Made by a program: the position numbers and the translations under genes
In this document: positions 49,915-62,249 of the stretch, piece by piece
How the letters are laid out: each line of letters starts with the position of its first letter
How positions within the stretch are numbered: position 1 is the first letter of the stretch
The notes under the pieces: model-generated
The model's database searches: none
Told to the model about the DNA's origin: nothing
Seen by the model: the letters and a program-made list of their open reading frames with translations, nothing else
Assembly: GCF_006345805.1 (NCBI RefSeq)
Contig: NC_043000.1
Span: 23,684,001 to 23,748,000 of the forward strand
From: Octopus sinensis
Lineage: Eukaryota
DNA: 64,000 nucleotides
Reading direction: 5' to 3'

Positions 49915-50500
49915 GGTATTTTGGCAGTAACTCCAGAATATTGAGGCAGGCGCTTGACGTTTCCGTTCTTATGACAGTTTATAACACACAGATTTTGTCG
50001 TCATGAATATAGCCCGATTATTTTCCAGTTATAATGGGCCAGTCACAGATTGCTATATATATATATATATATATCAGTGAGTTTGCCGTAATTCCCAGTA
50101 ATGTGTCTCTCTTGGTGTGAAATTGTCGTTGTTATTTTTCATCCAAAGACCAACACAGAAAACATTATAAGCAGTAAATAAATTTTCTGTTAACAGTAAA
50201 TAAAGCTTCTGTTAATAGTTCGTGAGTGTCGTTTTTACACGCAACCCTAGAAAGATATTTTCGTTTTCTACCAACATCAAGTACACAAACTACGAACCAC
50301 AGCATTCTCTTGGGGATGTATAGGGAAAGTTTAAAACCAATTGAATCGGATCAGGTCTTGGGTGGATGAAAACAAATTTAACTTTGATGAGATTTCAACT
50401 GGGAACGTAAAGAGACGTGACTATATTCTGTAAGAGAGTTTTGTTTTTCGTTCAATCGTTGCTACTATTTCATCCTAGTTTGGTTAGGTCTGTCTATAAT

Positions 50501-50832
50501 TATTTCTTTATTGCCCACAAGGGGCTACACACAGAGGGGACAAACAAGGATAGACGAACGGATTAAGTCGATTATATCTATTTCTTTACTACCCACAAGG
50601 GGCTAAACACAGAAAGGACAGACAAACGGATTAAGTCGATTATATCGACCCCATTGCATAACTGGTACTTATCTAATCGACCCCAGTGCGTAACTGGTAC
50701 TTAATTTATCGACTCCAAATGGATGAAAGGCAAAGTCGACCTCGGCGGAATTTGAACTCAGAACGTAACGGCAGACGAAATACGGCTACGCATTTCGCCC
50801 GGCGTGCTAACGTTTCTGCCAGCTCGCCGCCT
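50501..50832 (-). mobile_element. SINE family A with duplicated 3' tail and 12-bp TSD
   Basis: TSD TGTCTATAATTA at 50491-50502 and 50836-50847. The tail is present twice. Confidence 0.88.
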
Positions 50833-51529
50833 TCTTGTCTATAATTAAGGTAGTGTACAAATATGAAACAAAACACTTGCCAGAAAATAAATGGAAATTC
50901 AAATATCCAGTGGAACTTAAGCATACATTCGAACCACCAACCACTACCGTCACCACTCAATGAATTTGATATCATTAAACCTGATAAGAAATAAAAAATG
51001 ACCGTATTTTGTTAACTGACTTATCAGCACCAAGTGACATTGATGTGTGGTAGTTGAGAGACTAAGAAATTACAACTGTAGCTCTTGAAGAAAATATTGT
51101 GACAGTTTTATTAAATGCGTGCATCATTTCATTTGCAACTAGAACAGATGGAATGTTAAACAACTGCTTTTGTATAGATTCAGTATACGTACCACGATAG
51201 AATAGAAACATTCCAGAAAATGACAATACCAAATGTCTGTGAATGCTAGATAATTCTCAGAAAATATTCATTAATCTTGAATATTTTCAAGATGTAGCTA
51301 TTTCTTTCTTTCCTTTTTTTTTTAATGTATCTAAGTAAGAAACATTTATTTGTTTTATCGCTATCGCAAAACCACATACTTGACTGTTACTTATTTTATT
51401 GACGCTAGCCTGACTTGAACTCGGGGCAAAGTGCTGTAAATAATTACCGTCGAACATTTTGCTTGACTCTCTCTCTCTTTCCCAGATAAGAAGGATAAAG
51501 CTTCATCTTGAGTCATATAGATTTATATG

Positions 51530-51712
51530 GCCGCTTTTCCGGTTTCTGCGACGCATTTATTCCCCTCTAGATGGGGACGTTGGTCCGTCGCAGTAATACT
51601 CATTTTTGTCAGCTGAGTGGTTGAACAATGTGGAATGAAGTATTTTGCCCAAGAACACAACGCATCGCCCGGTTCAGGAATCGAAAACACCTTAACCACT
51701 AAACCACATACC
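51530..51712 (-). mobile_element. Decayed SINE with CORE-like and V-like segments
   Basis: ttgcccaagaacacaacgc...ggttcaggaatcgaa...aaccactaaaccac. Related decayed copy at 60205-60450. Confidence 0.5.
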
Positions 51713-51974
51713 TCTACCTGAACCAATTGGCAATTGGAGTTAGTTGTTTCATGCCTGTTAAAAAATTTGAACAAAAAAACAGAACGAAGAAGCGATTAAT
51801 TTTCTGGGGTAATCTCGATGCGCAGATTGACAGTCTCTGAAAATACCATTTTTCTATCCAAAACAGATGGCAGCTAAGTGTTGAGGAATGTGTATTACTA
51901 TTATTATATCTGTTCAGACTGATGAGCATGTTTAGCGTAGAAAATAGTCAAGAAGTTTCACGTTGCTGCGATCA

Positions 51975-52466
51975 AATCTCATTTAGACCTACAGATTTAA
52001 AAAATAATTTTTTGTAACTAAAATCTTTCAAACTTCGGACACTGGTAGAATGTGTCATATAAAACATCTTTTACTCTTAGCATTTTTGAGAAAAACTTAT
52101 ATTTACGAAGTTATTTCACCTTAAAGTTCTCGTATTTCGGTAATTTCAACCAATCAATGACGTGTATTCAACAACAACTATGGGTGGTGTGTATTTCTTT
52201 TATCACTGTTATTTATAACATCGTTCGTGCGTTTGTACTGGTTTTAGCTTTAAGATTTTAGGGTTAGGGTTAGGGTTGTCATAAATAGCAGTGACAAATG
52301 AAATATACACCGCTGGAAGTTCTTGTTGACAAACAACGGCAGTAATTTTATTCAGTTGAATACACGTCATTGATTGGTCGAAATTACCAAAATACTACAA
52401 CTTTAACGTGAAATAACTTCGTAAATATAAGTTTTTCTCAAAAAGGCTAAGAGTAAAAGATGTTTT
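51975..52466. mobile_element. Long-IR MITE related to the 35578 family, with central (TTAGGG)3
   Basis: 112-bp inverted arms at 52061-52172 and 52355-52466. Shares ctggtagaatgtgt..taaaacatcttt with the right end of the 35578 element. Confidence 0.75.
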
Positions 52467-52622
52467 GGGGTACCCTTTTTGTGGGGGAGCCCTTGCTTAC
52501 CAGCATCATTTACACAATGGTAAATCCTGCACTGGGGAAAAAAAAAAGCTTTTCTGTTTTGCTCTCTTCTTATTGACTAACAGTTCATCCTGGAGAAGAA
52601 CCAGATAATAGCAATGATAACC

Positions 52623-52626
<4 letters not shown>

Positions 52627-52702
<76 letters not shown>
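52627..52702. repeat. (GA)n microsatellite
   Basis: Read directly from the sequence. Confidence 0.97.
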
Positions 52703-52705
<3 letters not shown>

Positions 52706-53360
52706 GTATGGTTGTGCTTTGGTGAAAATGATTTCAGAAAGTTAATTTAAAAGAGCAGTGACCGTTACGGCAGAGAAAGCGAGAAGACCCAATAATTGTA
52801 GAGAAAATTAATGTTATGTGAAGTGCCGACAGCTCTGAAACAAAATGTATATGAACTGTGCCTGGCACAGATTTGTTTACATTTTAATAAAAATCCTTTT
52901 GTAGCTAGCGCTAGGCATTATGAAAAGAAGTGGTAAGTGAGTGATGTTGAGTTATTAGATAACAATGAAACTGGGTTTTCAACGTTCATCCCAAGTTACT
53001 TAAAAATAGCATTGTGGGGGCCTAATTTTACAGCGAGACTAAACACACGTGGATATGATTCCGCAAATTTATATATTGTTAAGTAAAATCATTGTATAGT
53101 GGTTAATACATAGAACGTAACTGATAGAACATGCTTATAGTGGAGGCTTTCTAAATCTGTTTAAATTAGACATCGAAAGATGTTGCATCTATGGCAACTT
53201 TTATGCAGCTAGGTGGTCGTTCATCTTTTTTCACCGCTTTATTGGTCGAATGAGCGAGTAGTACCTCTTAAGCATGCACTGGTTGTATAAACGGGACTGA
53301 AATCTTTCTCTCTCTCTCTCTCTCTCTCATTGTTTATTTTTGTTCAGCTAATCTTAATAC

Positions 53361-54635
53361 TGTTACGGGACCCCCGAAGGTTGCTACGGAATCCCACCTG
53401 CCGTCGCTCGAACTCGTCAACCCGGGATCCCAACAAGTCGAGCGACGACGATTGACCAGGTTCGATCGATCGGCGAAAGTTCGCCACGGAACTCAGAGAG
53501 GAGAGAGAGACAACAACAACAGCTGCAGGAAGAGACACAGAGGCACAAAGAAACACAGCGGAAGGCAATTGGCCTACATTTAACGACAGTTTATAACACT
53601 TTATAATTGTTACAACATCAAATACATATCAGATACATCAAAGAGGAAATACATGCAAGTAACAACACATCAAATGCAATAACAACAGCATTTCAAGAGT
53701 ACACGTCGAATTAAACAACAAGTCAATACAGGTATACAACAGATCACAGCATTCGGGTACAATAACGGTTCAGATTGATGCAATATACAGTCCGGAGACA
53801 ACAGTTCTGTTTCAAATCACATTAACGTTACAGTTCAAATCACATTAAAGGCATATATGTTCAATGTTCATTAAAGACTACAACAGAGCCTTTCTGTTTC
53901 TCTCTTTCTTTTACATAGGTAACACAACTCAATAATCAACACATCAACAAGTCCTTTACTCACTTCTGTAACAGTTCGTTATAGTCTCTTTACATAATTC
54001 ACATATCAACACATACAATTAACACATACCGTTACATCAGCCAATGCCTCACATTGTATTCCATCTCTATTAGCTGCCTAATCCTCTGTATATCTCTCTC
54101 TGTCACAGCAGAACAAACCATTACTAACTCGCTGTACAATCCAACTGCCAACTGCTTGCCTTGAATCCCAAATCCTGACTGCCAAATCCAAACTGCCAAC
54201 CGCTTGCCCTGAATCCCAAATGCCGACTGTCCGCCCTGATTCCCAAATGCCGACTGACTCTCCCACTCACAAACTGAACTGCTTATTTAAGGGGTGTCTA
54301 CAACGAACTTTCCCTGACCGGCACAAGGCCAAAGGTCCCCTAAAGGCTCATTACTCTTTTTAAAACAAAGGACTATAACTTTGTATTGTAGACTTTCAGT
54401 CTCCACCCCAAGCAAAGTAGGTCAAGAAGTATTGTACCAGCTGAACTATTCACAACAATACGAAACAAGTTTTAGCCGAACGAGATATCGATTTACCGTA
54501 TCTCTATTCCGCCAAGTTACATCGACAACCTATATTGTTTCCCATTCTTTCATACCACCTACATTTTTTTCTCCTTATATTAAACATTAAATATCTGACC
54601 CCAAAGAAATTAATTTCAAGAACGTATTCATAACA
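53361..54635 (-). mobile_element. Possible solo LTR (1275 bp)
   Basis: TGTTA...TAACA inverted ends, internal 27-48 bp tandem repeats at 54130-54265, TATA-like TTAAATAAG. No TSD or primer-binding site found. Confidence 0.4.
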
Positions 54636-55160
54636 CTAAGTCTTCAACGCGTTTAACTCAAACTTTGTTTCATATGGATTGACATATTTCTCTTCATGAA
54701 TTACTGCCTCATTCAAACCTACAAATAACTAAATTTTTGAAGTAAACACGAAGTTGAATTAATGGAACTTGCCACAAAGTTTAGAAATAATTATTCTTTA
54801 AAATTACAAAAAAAAAAAAAAAAGATACTTGTGACAACCCTTAGTCTTCAGCTCAATACAGAAGAAATTATCAGCCACCGTCCTCATCACAGAAATAATA
54901 CACTCGATGAGTATTTATTGTTTCCTGCTCTTTATGTTATTTCAAATGCCGCCGAGGTCAATTTGGTCTTTCATTCGCACGGAATCGATTAAAGGAAGTA
55001 CCAGCTATTGGAGTTGGTGGTAATGACAAACCCACTCCTCTTAAAACAGCTAGCCTTATGCCGAAATTAGAAATAGTTATGTGAAGCCACGTCAACTTTG
55101 ACCGAGAAGGCCTATGATTAAAAGCAATATTCTCGTCATTCCACCTATCTTTTTCTAGAA

Positions 55161-55554
55161 CTAGCAGTATCGCCCGGCGTTGCTCGGGTTTGTTTCAACC
55201 CTTTAGAATTTGAATTTTTGAAAAGTAAAAATTTTACATTATGTAACTTGTTATTCTCTTTAAGTGAACATTTTTCTGGTTGAAATACACCGAAAAATGG
55301 CGACACAACAGTCAAAAAATCGTAAAATATAGGGATTTTCATAGAAAAAAAGCAATTTTTGATGTAAATAATTTTTGGTGTTAACATGGTCCGATTTGAA
55401 TTTTTTTCTTCTACGGAAGGAAGAGCAAGCCTTCTTCTATCATACTCTCAATTTTGGTCAACTTGCGCCACAGGGTCTCGGAGGAGATAGTGTTAGTTGA
55501 AGGCTACCAAACCTGCCATACACAGACAACTTCAGCTTTATATATAGAGAGAGA
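55161..55554 (-). mobile_element. Non-autonomous Helitron, family F, complete
   Basis: A|TC...hairpin...CTAG|T. Near-identical to 20427-20797. Confidence 0.88.
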
Positions 55555-56724
55555 TTACATTTAATATAACACTCTTTTCTCAAAGGCAATGATTTGGAAG
55601 GAGATTTGATTGCTATTTCTAACAGATTGAGCGACTACGTCGATGTTGTCTCGTTGGCTTGAGATAAATGTATGTTTCCTTCATAAAGAAGTGGGGACAG
55701 TTGAATGATTTGACCCAATATATAATACCAGTGATGTTACTATGCATAAAGAACAAACAGGCATGCTGCGCATTATACGGTTAACGTGAACACCAATTTA
55801 GTGACAGTAGACTGTGTTTATAAATAGTTGAGAAAATGTGAAATAGATTAAGAACAGACAGTAACCCCATTGTGTAGAAATATCTACCTAAATGAACAAC
55901 AACGTAACACGTTCCGTGTAGCTAGGTGATAGTGTCTGATGCTGTTTGCCGTTCTCATTTTCGCTGTAACAGTCAAAATCTCTGTGGGCAAGGCTATGTT
56001 CAGTTTGACACAAGCTGTTGTCAACAGCACATAGCGTAGTCAATTGTGCATGAAGTTTAAGTGTTGCAAGAATCTGAAGTGAGTCGGCACTGCCTCTTTT
56101 TTGAAATGCTTATTTTTACAATTTATTTGTGCAACTACATAATTAAATATAACAATGTCTTAATCTGGTTCTTTTTCGATGTAGTTTCATTTATAAATTT
56201 CATTGAATAATTTTCCTTGTATTTGTAAAATCCCCACCCCTGCACTCCACTCCTTTATTTTGATAAATTTTTACTCACGAGACAATTGTAATCTTTGATG
56301 AGCGCACTTTCGGAATAGCCACCATTTCCTCATGAAGATGGAAAAGGGCAAAGGAACTGGATGTTTGTTTCTTTCTATGAAAGAATTTTGGTTCAAAACA
56401 TTTAATTTTTTTACATTTTTACTCCTCCTCCCATATCATAATATAGCTATAATTAAAAAAAGGCAATTTGTTTTGTTTTTTCCTGAAAATTGGAGGATTT
56501 TTCATTTAATCTTATTCTTCGTTATTTTTAGGAAATGTTCAAGACAAAACTTTTTTTGAATGTGTATTTTTAATGCACAGTGACAATAGAATTTATAGAA
56601 TCAGTTAGAGACAGAAATGGAAAGCAGGGCTACTGAAAATCTTAGTTGTTTATACATTCATAAATATATTTCGTTCATTGTGAAAAAACTCTTGAAAGCT
56701 TCGCCTTCTTGCACGCTAAACTCC

Positions 56725-56755
56725 GTCTTCAACGCATGCGCAGGAAGTTGACACC
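56725..56755. promoter_or_regulatory. NRF1-like plus ETS motif pair (orphan promoter candidate)
   Basis: CGCATGCGCA at 56733-56742 overlaps CAGGAAGT at 56741-56748, in a small CpG-enriched patch outside recognised repeats. Confidence 0.4.
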
Positions 56756-57469
56756 CAAAAACGATATTTGAAGCCGAAATCTAAAGGTAGTTACTTTGGG
56801 CCGCAACGAACTGCTAATATGTAGTTTACATAAAACATCTGATTTGTATAGGGGATATGCAAGGCAAACCGTCCCACACACTCTGAATGTACTAATAGCG
56901 TTGCTGCTTATTTATCGAACCCACGAAAAAGAAAAGTTGTAATGAAATTTCATCGTTTTGTTATCGAATTACCAGATGTTAATATATCACGAGAAAACGA
57001 GTCAGCGGAGAAGCTTTATTGTATTCGCTCCACCTAGAAATAACGAACAAATCTCCCTCAAATCACATCCTACTGTCTTAAAAAGAGAATGATATATCAA
57101 ATGTGATGGTGGATATATACTTGCCTCATAAATAGATGGGATGTTAAGAAAGTTGTTATCACATTGTCAAATAATAAAGATCAAATTTCCCCTCTAAACA
57201 CGAACATTTAAAATTTTCTGTGGGATTTTTTGGATTTTTCTGTTTGGCTGCACATATGGAAATTTTAAAGTTTAAGGAAAATTTTAAAATTTAGTGTATA
57301 TATATAACAAAACTGGGAGGAAGGGAAGTGGGACGAAACGACGAATCGAATCGACCCTGACGCGAACGCGCTGTCAGACAATAATGTAATAAATAAAATA
57401 TATGCATACATACAAACATATATGTACGTACCTACATCTACATGTATATATACATGCATATATAAATAT

Positions 57470-57735
57470 ATATACGTGAGTACAGGACACTGCAACTAGA
57501 CGTAGAACTCAACGAAAAACGAAAACGGACAAGCCATATTTTTACAACAAAAAAACAGAGACGAAACGGAAACGGGAAAAACATTATTTTTTACAACAGA
57601 AAAACAAGGTACAGGACAAACCACACAGGAAAAATCCCCAGTTCAGCTGTCTCTAGCTAACTCAAGCGTGTTTCGAAGGATAAAACAGGACACGACTCGT
57701 CAACTAGTCCTTCATTGCGAGAGAATTAAAATAAA
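57470..57735 (-). mobile_element. Penelope-like pseudo-LTR fragment between TA microsatellites
   Basis: gagtacaggac.../ggtacaggacaaaccacacaggaaaatcccc motifs, recalled as typical of octopus microsatellite-flanked Penelope ends. No coding sequence to confirm. Confidence 0.4.
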
Positions 57736-57959
57736 ATTATATATATATATATATATACAAGCAAAACGCCCCCCGTCTTGAGTTGTCAAACATTTAAACC
57801 AAATTTTCTCAAAGTAACTTGTCCGACCGCCCCATAGGCCTCCCCTTTGAGAAACATTGATTTAACCTAAATTTGAGACACTAGCAAAACAAGAAATAAA
57901 GATAGACTTTTTTTCTATTCCAAAGAAAAACGATTTTATTCACACAAATATGCAACCGA

Positions 57960-58192
57960 AGAGTTTAAAGTACCAGTAAGTACATCGCAATAGATGATGT
58001 AATTGCACGTACAAATGCAATTTCCCACGGTTTTATCGATCGCATTCTCACCTGGAATCGATTTTTGTAATTTTTTGAAGACTTATACACGCCCTGATAC
58101 CGTCGGTATCTACATATCAAATTTGAGTGCAATTGGATGGAGGATGCCCGAGATTCTAGAAGACACACAGACAGACAGGCAAAACGGATTTT

Positions 58193-58198
<6 letters not shown>
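57960..58198 (-). mobile_element. Helitron-like family H, 5' part
   Basis: About 190-bp close homolog of 35010-35196. Confidence 0.7.
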
Positions 58199-58229
<31 letters not shown>

Positions 58230-58305
58230 ATATGTGTGTGTATATATAAATATATATATATGTATGGAAATTTTTGAAGTTTAAGGAAAATTTTAAAATT
58301 TGGTG

Positions 58306-58338
<33 letters not shown>

Positions 58339-58359
58339 CTGCAAGCATACGCTGAGCCT

Positions 58360-58680
58360 TGGACAGACCAAAGCCTTGTGAGTGGATTTGGTAAACGGAA
58401 ACTGAACGAAGTCCATCGTATATATATGTATATATATATGTGTGTGTGTTTGCCCACCACCCCACCCCGGTCATCGTTTGACAACCCATGCTGGAGTGTT
58501 TATGTCCCCATAACTTAGCAGTTCAGTAAAAGGACCCGATAGAATAAGTACTAGACTTACAAAGAATAAGTTCTGGGATCGATTTCTTTGACTAAATCAA
58601 TCCCAGAACTTATTCTTTGTAAGCCTAGTACTTATTTTATTGGGTTATCTTGCCGAACTGCTATATTATGGGGACATTAA
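58360..58680. mobile_element. SINE family B fragment followed by an inverted copy of its own 3' part
   Basis: Plus copy to 58585, 8-nt spacer, minus copy at 58594-58677. Confidence 0.8.
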
Positions 58681-58699
58681 CAAAATGTAACCACATGTG

Positions 58700-59410
58700 A
58701 ATCATCATCATCATTGTTTAATGTCAGTTTTCCATGCTAGCATGGATTGGACGGTTCAACCAGGGTCTGGGAAACCAGGAGGCTGCACCAGGCTCCAGTC
58801 TGATCTGGCAGTTTTTCTACAGCTGGATGCCCTTCCTAACGCCAACTACTCCATGAGTGTAGTTGGTGCTTTTTACGTGCCACCAGCACAGGTATCACAA
58901 CTACAATTTCCATTTGATTTTTATTTTGATGTTGATGTACTTGACTCAATAGGTTTCTTGATGTTGATGTACTTGACTCAATAGGCCTCTTCAAGCACAG
59001 CAGGTCACCCAACGATCCAAGGTAGGCACAGCAGGCCATCCTGTGATCCAAGGTACTTTGGATGGGCTGGGGCTGCGATGTGAAGCTGGTGCAGGAAACA
59101 GCCATGAACTCACATTATTTGTCAGGTCTTCGAAGTCACAGCATATCTCCAGAGATCTCGGGCTTTCGTCAATGCCTCTGTGAGGCCCAATGTTTGAAGG
59201 TCATGCTTGACCACCTCATCCCATGTTCCTGGGTCTACCTCTACCCCGGATTCTTTCAACTGTTTGGGAGTGGCACTTCTTTACACATCTCTCCTCATCC
59301 ATCCGTAGTACATGACTATACCAGCGCAAACGTCTCTCTTGCACGCCACATCCGTTTCTCTCAGGGCGCTTACACTCTGTCGTGTATGCACACTGGCATT
59401 ACACATCCAT
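58700..59410 (-). mobile_element. 5'-truncated RTE LINE, second subfamily: ORF end, 3' UTR and C module
   Basis: WMCNASVHTRQSVSALRE...QERRLRWYSHVLRMDEERCVKKC...GRGRP, followed by UTR and C module with (GAT)n tail. Confidence 0.8.
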
Positions 59411-60693
59411 TACACACACACATATATACTTTAGCGAAATTCAAGTCCAAGTATGCTGGGACCTTAGGTTTCATATTGGCTTGTATTTTACAAACAATTA
59501 TTCAAACAGCATTTGTTTTAACTGATACACTGCCAAAAGGCTAACAAGAGTATCACTCCTCCATTTTCATCAGCCATTTTGGCAGTGTATCAGTCAAAAC
59601 AAGTGCAAGTTGGAAAACAGTTGGCAAAACACACATACTACCAACATATGCATCTTGATTTTACTTAAATTTCATGCACACAAAAAAATATATAGAAATA
59701 TATACTTTACCTCCTGATGTTGAAGTAATCCTCTTGGTTCATTTCAATTAACATGTATGTGTGTATGATGCATATATGTATGCACCTATGTATATATGTA
59801 TGAATGTATGTATGTATTTGTTTATGTAAGTGTGCATGCTAATGAATGCATGCATATATGTATGCATTTGTGTGTGTGTTTTTATGTAAACTGGTGTGTC
59901 ATGTTGTGTTCCCTTGTGTCAAGAACTAAATTCGGTGATTCAATAACTAGAGATTGATAAAACAACTGCCTAAAATAACCAATGGCGTTAGAGTGAGATT
60001 CTGGCATGAGGCCTTATGACTACCTCTTTCTGCATTGAGATGCGAGACTGTGAAGATGTAACCTAACTGGCTCTCTGACAGACTAAAATAAACAATGAGG
60101 ATCAATAAATTTCAATAAAAACCTTAAAGGTAGTGCTCCAGTCTGGTTGCAGTTTAGTGACTAAAACCAGTAAAAATTAAGCTAATATTAACGTGTCGAA
60201 AAAACAAAAAACAAAAATAGCTCAAATGTTCTTCCCAAGGTACAGGCTCATAAGGCCAGTTTCCAGGATTCTGAGGTGTATACATTCCCCACCTGGATGG
60301 GACACCAGGATTATTCATTTTTTTGCCGCTGAATGGACCAGAGCAACATGAAATGAATTGTTTTGTCCAAGAACAACACATTGCCCAAACCAGGAATTAA
60401 GTCCACAATCTTACAACCATGAGTGCCATACCCTAACCTCTAAGCCATGTGACTCCACAATATTAAACCTGTAGTAAGAATAAATATGTTTTAAGCATGT
60501 AAATATGTATTCACATTAGTTTTGTGTCGAATGTTTGTTTTGGTTGATTGTGGTTAACTTGTTTCATTAACCCTAACAACTGTCAACAAGACTTGCAGAA
60601 CTAGTAGAGTTTATTGAGAGTTCTTCGTCCCTTCATGAGTAGTTATTGAAGCAAACAATAATAGTTAAGTAGAATAACAAGTGGAGAAAGATA

Positions 60694-60725
<32 letters not shown>

Positions 60726-61069
60726 GGATATATATTCTGCATAAAAGGGTATTGATTGGGAGAGTTTTATTTGGTTTGCTTTATACAACAGGTTTTATAG
60801 AAAGTATTGCTATGTACTTTGACACAATAACTTCATTATCAAAATAATTAGTTACCAATGAAAGCCACAATAAATATGGCAAAGTTTGGATCTGAGTTGT
60901 TTATAGAGTTGGCAATGTATTGAGCTTAAATTATTGAGCACATTGTTACTTCTATAAAAGTGCTTACCAATTTTTTTTTTTTTATTATTATTTTAATTTG
61001 TCAGAATTCTGTTTGTAAAGCATTTCACAACTTTAATCATCATCAACAAGCAAATTAAAAGCTCCAATA

Positions 61070-61315
61070 TCATCATCATCATCATCATTTTACATCTGTT
61101 TTCCATGCTAGCATGGGTTGGATGGTTAGACCAGGGTCTGGTAAGCCATGGAGGCTGCACTAGGCTCCAATCTGATCTGGCAGAGTTTCTACAGCTGGAT
61201 GCCCTTCCTAACACCAACTACTCCGTGAGTGTAGTGGGTGCTTTTTACGTGCCAGGGGAGGCTGGCAGCGGCCACAATCGGTTCGCGCTTTTTACGTGCC
61301 ACCAGCACAGGTGTT
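61070..61315 (-). mobile_element. RTE 3' end C module
   Basis: (CAT)n tail and reverse C module. Confidence 0.8.
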
Positions 61316-62249
61316 GGGAAATCAGGGATTCCCAATTTATAAATCTACTGAGTCATCATGGACTTACAAAATCTTCATTGAACTCACCTCAATCGCACAC
61401 TTGATAAAGGAATATGATAATGTTAGAGTTTAATAGATCAAGTTCCAAAGATGGTTTATGTGATGTATACATTCAGAAAATCAATTTTTTATCAATGATA
61501 ATTTATTTTTAAGTAACAGAAATGATGTATAGTATTCAAAAAGTCATTCAATAAACTATTTCTATCACCAGTAAACTACAATATACGATCATTACAAATA
61601 TTAAGTGTCCATTATATAAAACGTTCAGAACAAGATCATCTGCTCTACAGTGAGGTCAAAATTTAGTAATATTGGCAACGATGTGAAGCATATCTCAAAA
61701 ATCATTATTTCCTTTTAATCTCTAATAATCACTTGAAATGATGGTATATCATACTTTGTCATTGACATACATTGATAATTGATTGATTTTTATGGCTGCA
61801 AAAATAGCTAAAATCTACTTTTTAAGTTTAGCCCCACTAAACTTCGATATTGTCAAACAAGCTTACTCTCCCAATAAGGTCCCCTTTGTTTTTCATAATG
61901 TTATCTAAATATTTGCTACTTGCAACCATCAAGCAGAAACAATTGTAGGTGCAGTTACCCCCCTTGACAGTTGGTTTAAACAAACTGGCACTATATGGTA
62001 TTAATGTGAGATCCTGGCATGAGGCCTTAGGACTACCTCTTTCTGCATTGAGATATGAGATTGTGAAAATGTAACCTAACTGGCTCCCTGACAAAACACG
62101 CCAGCTAGCAGATAAGAGACAACACACAGGAGAAGACCATGGCCTCCATGCATCAAACTATTTTCATTTATCATATATACATGTGGCCACATTAAAGGTA
62201 TTTAAAGTTACCACCTTGTTCCATGTATTTCTTTATACCATGTTCCTTT

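Noticed and set aside
55938-56035. Signal-peptide-like MLFAVLIFAVTVKISVGK on the plus strand
   Set aside because: Stops after about 31 codons; consistent with chance.
59705-59745. ATG...MNQEDYFNIR followed by a GTAAAG donor (minus strand)
   Set aside because: No promoter or acceptor context; upstream sequence is microsatellite-like.
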